From assembly GCA_041182245.1 (NCBI GenBank), contig JBEGNZ010000010.1, positions 3,252 to 67,251 of the forward strand: a DNA stretch of 64,000 nt, given 5' to 3'. The stretch comes from Pseudomonadota bacterium (GTDB lineage Bacteria > Pseudomonadota > Alphaproteobacteria > Caulobacterales > Caulobacteraceae). The position numbers were made by a program, and so were the translations under genes. Every line of letters begins with the position of its first letter. The first letter of the stretch is position 1. The notes beneath the pieces are model-generated. The model was not told the origin of the DNA. It saw only the letters and a program-made list of their open reading frames with translations, and did not search any database. This document shows positions 63,924-64,000 of the stretch, piece after piece.

Positions 63924-64000
63924 GAACGAGACTGCCTGGTCGGGCTCAGGCCCGGCCGGGATCGGTCTGTCCCTATCGAACCGGTGTGGGCGCCAAGACG

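Overview
This is a GC-rich chromosomal segment. Gene content looks alphaproteobacterial, Caulobacterales/Sphingomonadales-like, with several ~1000-aa TonB-dependent receptors, TPR-fused tailoring enzymes and REP-like GC palindromes; the taxon is a guess. I support about 48 protein-coding genes. I recognised no rRNA, tRNA, CRISPR array, transposase or integrase. Layout: (1) 1..1772 is the 3' part of a TonB-dependent receptor. (2) 1968..9681 is a very compact virB-type type IV secretion operon containing only VirB1, B2, B3, B4, B6, B9, B10 and B11. It has no VirB5, B7, B8, VirD4 or relaxase. A Pho-box-like promoter precedes it and a Sec-dependent PstS-family gene follows it (9765..10808). (3) 10898..12825 (minus) is a translationally coupled metallophosphoesterase plus GT4 glycosyltransferase pair that looks like the PlcP/Agt phosphate-starvation lipid-remodelling operon. 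(4) 13021..37974 is mostly housekeeping: TetR, DUF1330, two thiolases, an orphan C5 DNA methyltransferase, cysK, a hybrid histidine kinase, a MerR plus two acyl-CoA dehydrogenase operon, an HTH/S24-like protein, a DEAD-box helicase, a FecBCD-type ABC importer, LacI, AtuA-like, an epoxide-hydrolase-like hydrolase, GST and GGT. (5) 38026..50526 holds a DinG/XPD-like Fe-S helicase, an APH/P-loop kinase, an acyl-CoA synthetase, DUF1499, MBL plus DUF442, and a peptide ABC system without ATPases. (6) 50760..63923 is a quasi-symmetric cluster of two paralogous TonB-dependent receptors. Each is followed by a homologous terminator and then a TPR-fused enzyme (Asp/Asn beta-hydroxylase-like; sulfotransferase). 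The cluster also contains a TPR-2OG-oxygenase and a secreted S9 peptidase. The most interesting candidates are the reduced, coupling-protein-less T4SS with its apparent phosphate-starvation context, and the receptor/TPR-enzyme cluster. All calls are by-eye motif recognition; no searches were run.
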